Shown: positions 62,801 to 64,000 of the stretch, piece by piece | Position numbering within the stretch: the stretch's first letter is position 1 | Layout of the letters: each line of letters opens with the position of its first letter | Program-made: the position numbers and the translations under genes | Notes under the pieces: generated by a model | Seen by the model: only the letters and a program-made list of their open reading frames with translations | Database searches by the model: none | What the model was told of the DNA's origin: nothing | Assembly (NCBI GenBank): GCA_977020255.1 | Contig: CDROCS010000506.1 | Coordinates: 248,001 to 312,000, forward strand | Length of the DNA: 64,000 nucleotides | Direction of reading: 5' to 3' | From: Obrimoposthia wandeli | Lineage: Eukaryota

Positions 62801-64000
62801 TTAACCGATTAAACGATTCATACGCGCAATAAAGGCCGCAGGATCATCTAAACTACCACGTTCAGTCAACTGTGCTTGTTCTAGCAATAGCTGAATCCAG
62901 TCTGTAAATACCGCTTCATCTGCTTCATCAGCAACACGTTTAATCATTTCGTGCTCAGGATTTAGCTCAAAGATGTATTTCTGTGGTGGTACGGCTTGAC
63001 CAGCAGATTCCATCAACTTAATCATTTGGCTGCTCATGCCATCTTCATTTGTTACAACACAAGACGGTGTAGCCGTTAGACGGTGTGTTAAACGAACATC
63101 GGCTACTTTATCGCCTAATGTTGTTTTTGCACGCTCAAGGAAACTAGCAAACTCTTCAGTTGCTTCTTCTTTAGCTTTTTTCGCATCTTCATCATCAAGG
63201 TCGCCAAGGTCTAGATCGCCCTTAGTTACTGATACTAGTTGCTTACCATCAAAGTCAGTTAAGTGTGATAGTAACCACTCATCAATGCGGTCTGTTAATA
63301 GTAATACTTCAATGCCTTTTTTCTTGAAGATTTCAAGATATGCACTGTTTACAGCAGAGGTGTAGTTGTCCGCAGTAATAAAGTAAATCTTGTCTTGGCC
63401 TTCAGGCATGTTTTCGATGTATTTACCGAAACCAACTTCCTGTGCAGGACCGCCAACCGATGTTGAAGAGAAACGTAATAAAGAAGCAATCTTCTCTTTA
63501 TTCGCCATGTCTTCCGCTGGACCTTCTTTCAGTGCTTGACCGAATTCATCCCAGAATTTAAGGTATTTTTCATCTTCATTTTTCGCCATGCGTTCAAGCA
63601 TAGTCAATACACGTTTAGTACAAGCTGTACGTAACGATGTAGTGATTTTATTATCTTGTAAAATTTCACGTGATACGTTTAGTGGTAAGTCATTTGAATC
63701 TAATACACCCTTCACGAAACGTAGGTAAGTCGGCATAAACTGCTCTGCGTCATCCATAATGAATACACGTCGAACGTAAAGTTTTAGGCCATGTTCTTTT
63801 TCACGGTTCCACATATCAAATGGTGCACGCGCTGGAATATAAAGTAGGCTAGTATATTCTTGCTTACCTTCTACACGGTTGTGGCTCCATGTTAGTGGAT
63901 CTTCAAAGTCATGAGCAATGTGCTTGTAGAACTCATTATATTCTTCATCTTTAAGTTCGTTTTTCGATAATGTCCACAATGCACTTGCACGGGTAATCGA
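62801..64000 (-). CDS. htpG: Hsp90 chaperone HtpG (3' part; 5' end beyond the window)
   Basis: Frame open to the window edge ([10 protein letters not shown]); [14 protein letters not shown] and [15 protein letters not shown]; htpG-adk-hemH synteny. Confidence 0.98.
   Translation of the reverse strand, partial: SITRASALWTLSKNELKDEEYNEFYKHIAHDFEDPLTWSHNRVEGKQEYTSLLYIPARAPFDMWNREKEHGLKLYVRRVFIMDDAEQFMPTYLRFVKGVLDSNDLPLNVSREILQDNKITTSLRTACTKRVLTMLERMAKNEDEKYLKFWDEFGQALKEGPAEDMANKEKIASLLRFSSTSVGGPAQEVGFGKYIENMPEGQDKIYFITADNYTSAVNSAYLEIFKKKGIEVLLLTDRIDEWLLSHLTDFDGKQLVSVTKGDLDLGDLDDEDAKKAKEEATEEFASFLERAKTTLGDKVADVRLTHRLTATPSCVVTNEDGMSSQMIKLMESAGQAVPPQKYIFELNPEHEMIKRVADEADEAVFTDWIQLLLEQAQLTERGSLDDPAAFIARMNRLIG

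Overview
Chromosomal window from an AT-rich marine gammaproteobacterium. Gene content and protein style suggest a Moritella/Psychromonas/Vibrio-like organism; this is an inference, not a database result. Both ends carry intact housekeeping genes: mrcB plus a TPR lipoprotein, aspC, pntAB, metR/metE, yejKLM, dacB, gsk, a fatty-acid desaturase, tdh-kbl, rbgA, aroG, argA, hemH, adk and htpG. The middle (about 36.1-46.6 kb) is a decayed accessory block that the ORF track only shows as fragments. It holds a threonine-aldolase pseudogene and a LysR + RND/MFP/OMF efflux operon in ruins. It also holds a very AT-rich islet with an orphan Cys-rich ORF, a phased 10-bp repeat, an array of about four 40-bp dyad-containing repeats and a cryptic ToxR/TcpP-like membrane-anchored regulator broken by two slippage frameshifts and one stop. 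A second accessory module (49.9-55.3 kb) has an SSS symporter with a frameshifted 3' end, divergent from MFS + tandem SnoaL/NTF2-fold enzyme + LacI, with CRP-operator-CRP-like sites between them. This is the best candidate for an uncharacterised uptake/conversion system. Other features: a (TATTAC)16 microsatellite, a 42-bp coding repeat in a lipoprotein, and recognisable FabR, MetJ, MetR, Pho and CRP-like sites. No rRNA, tRNA, CRISPR array, transposase or integrase was recognised.
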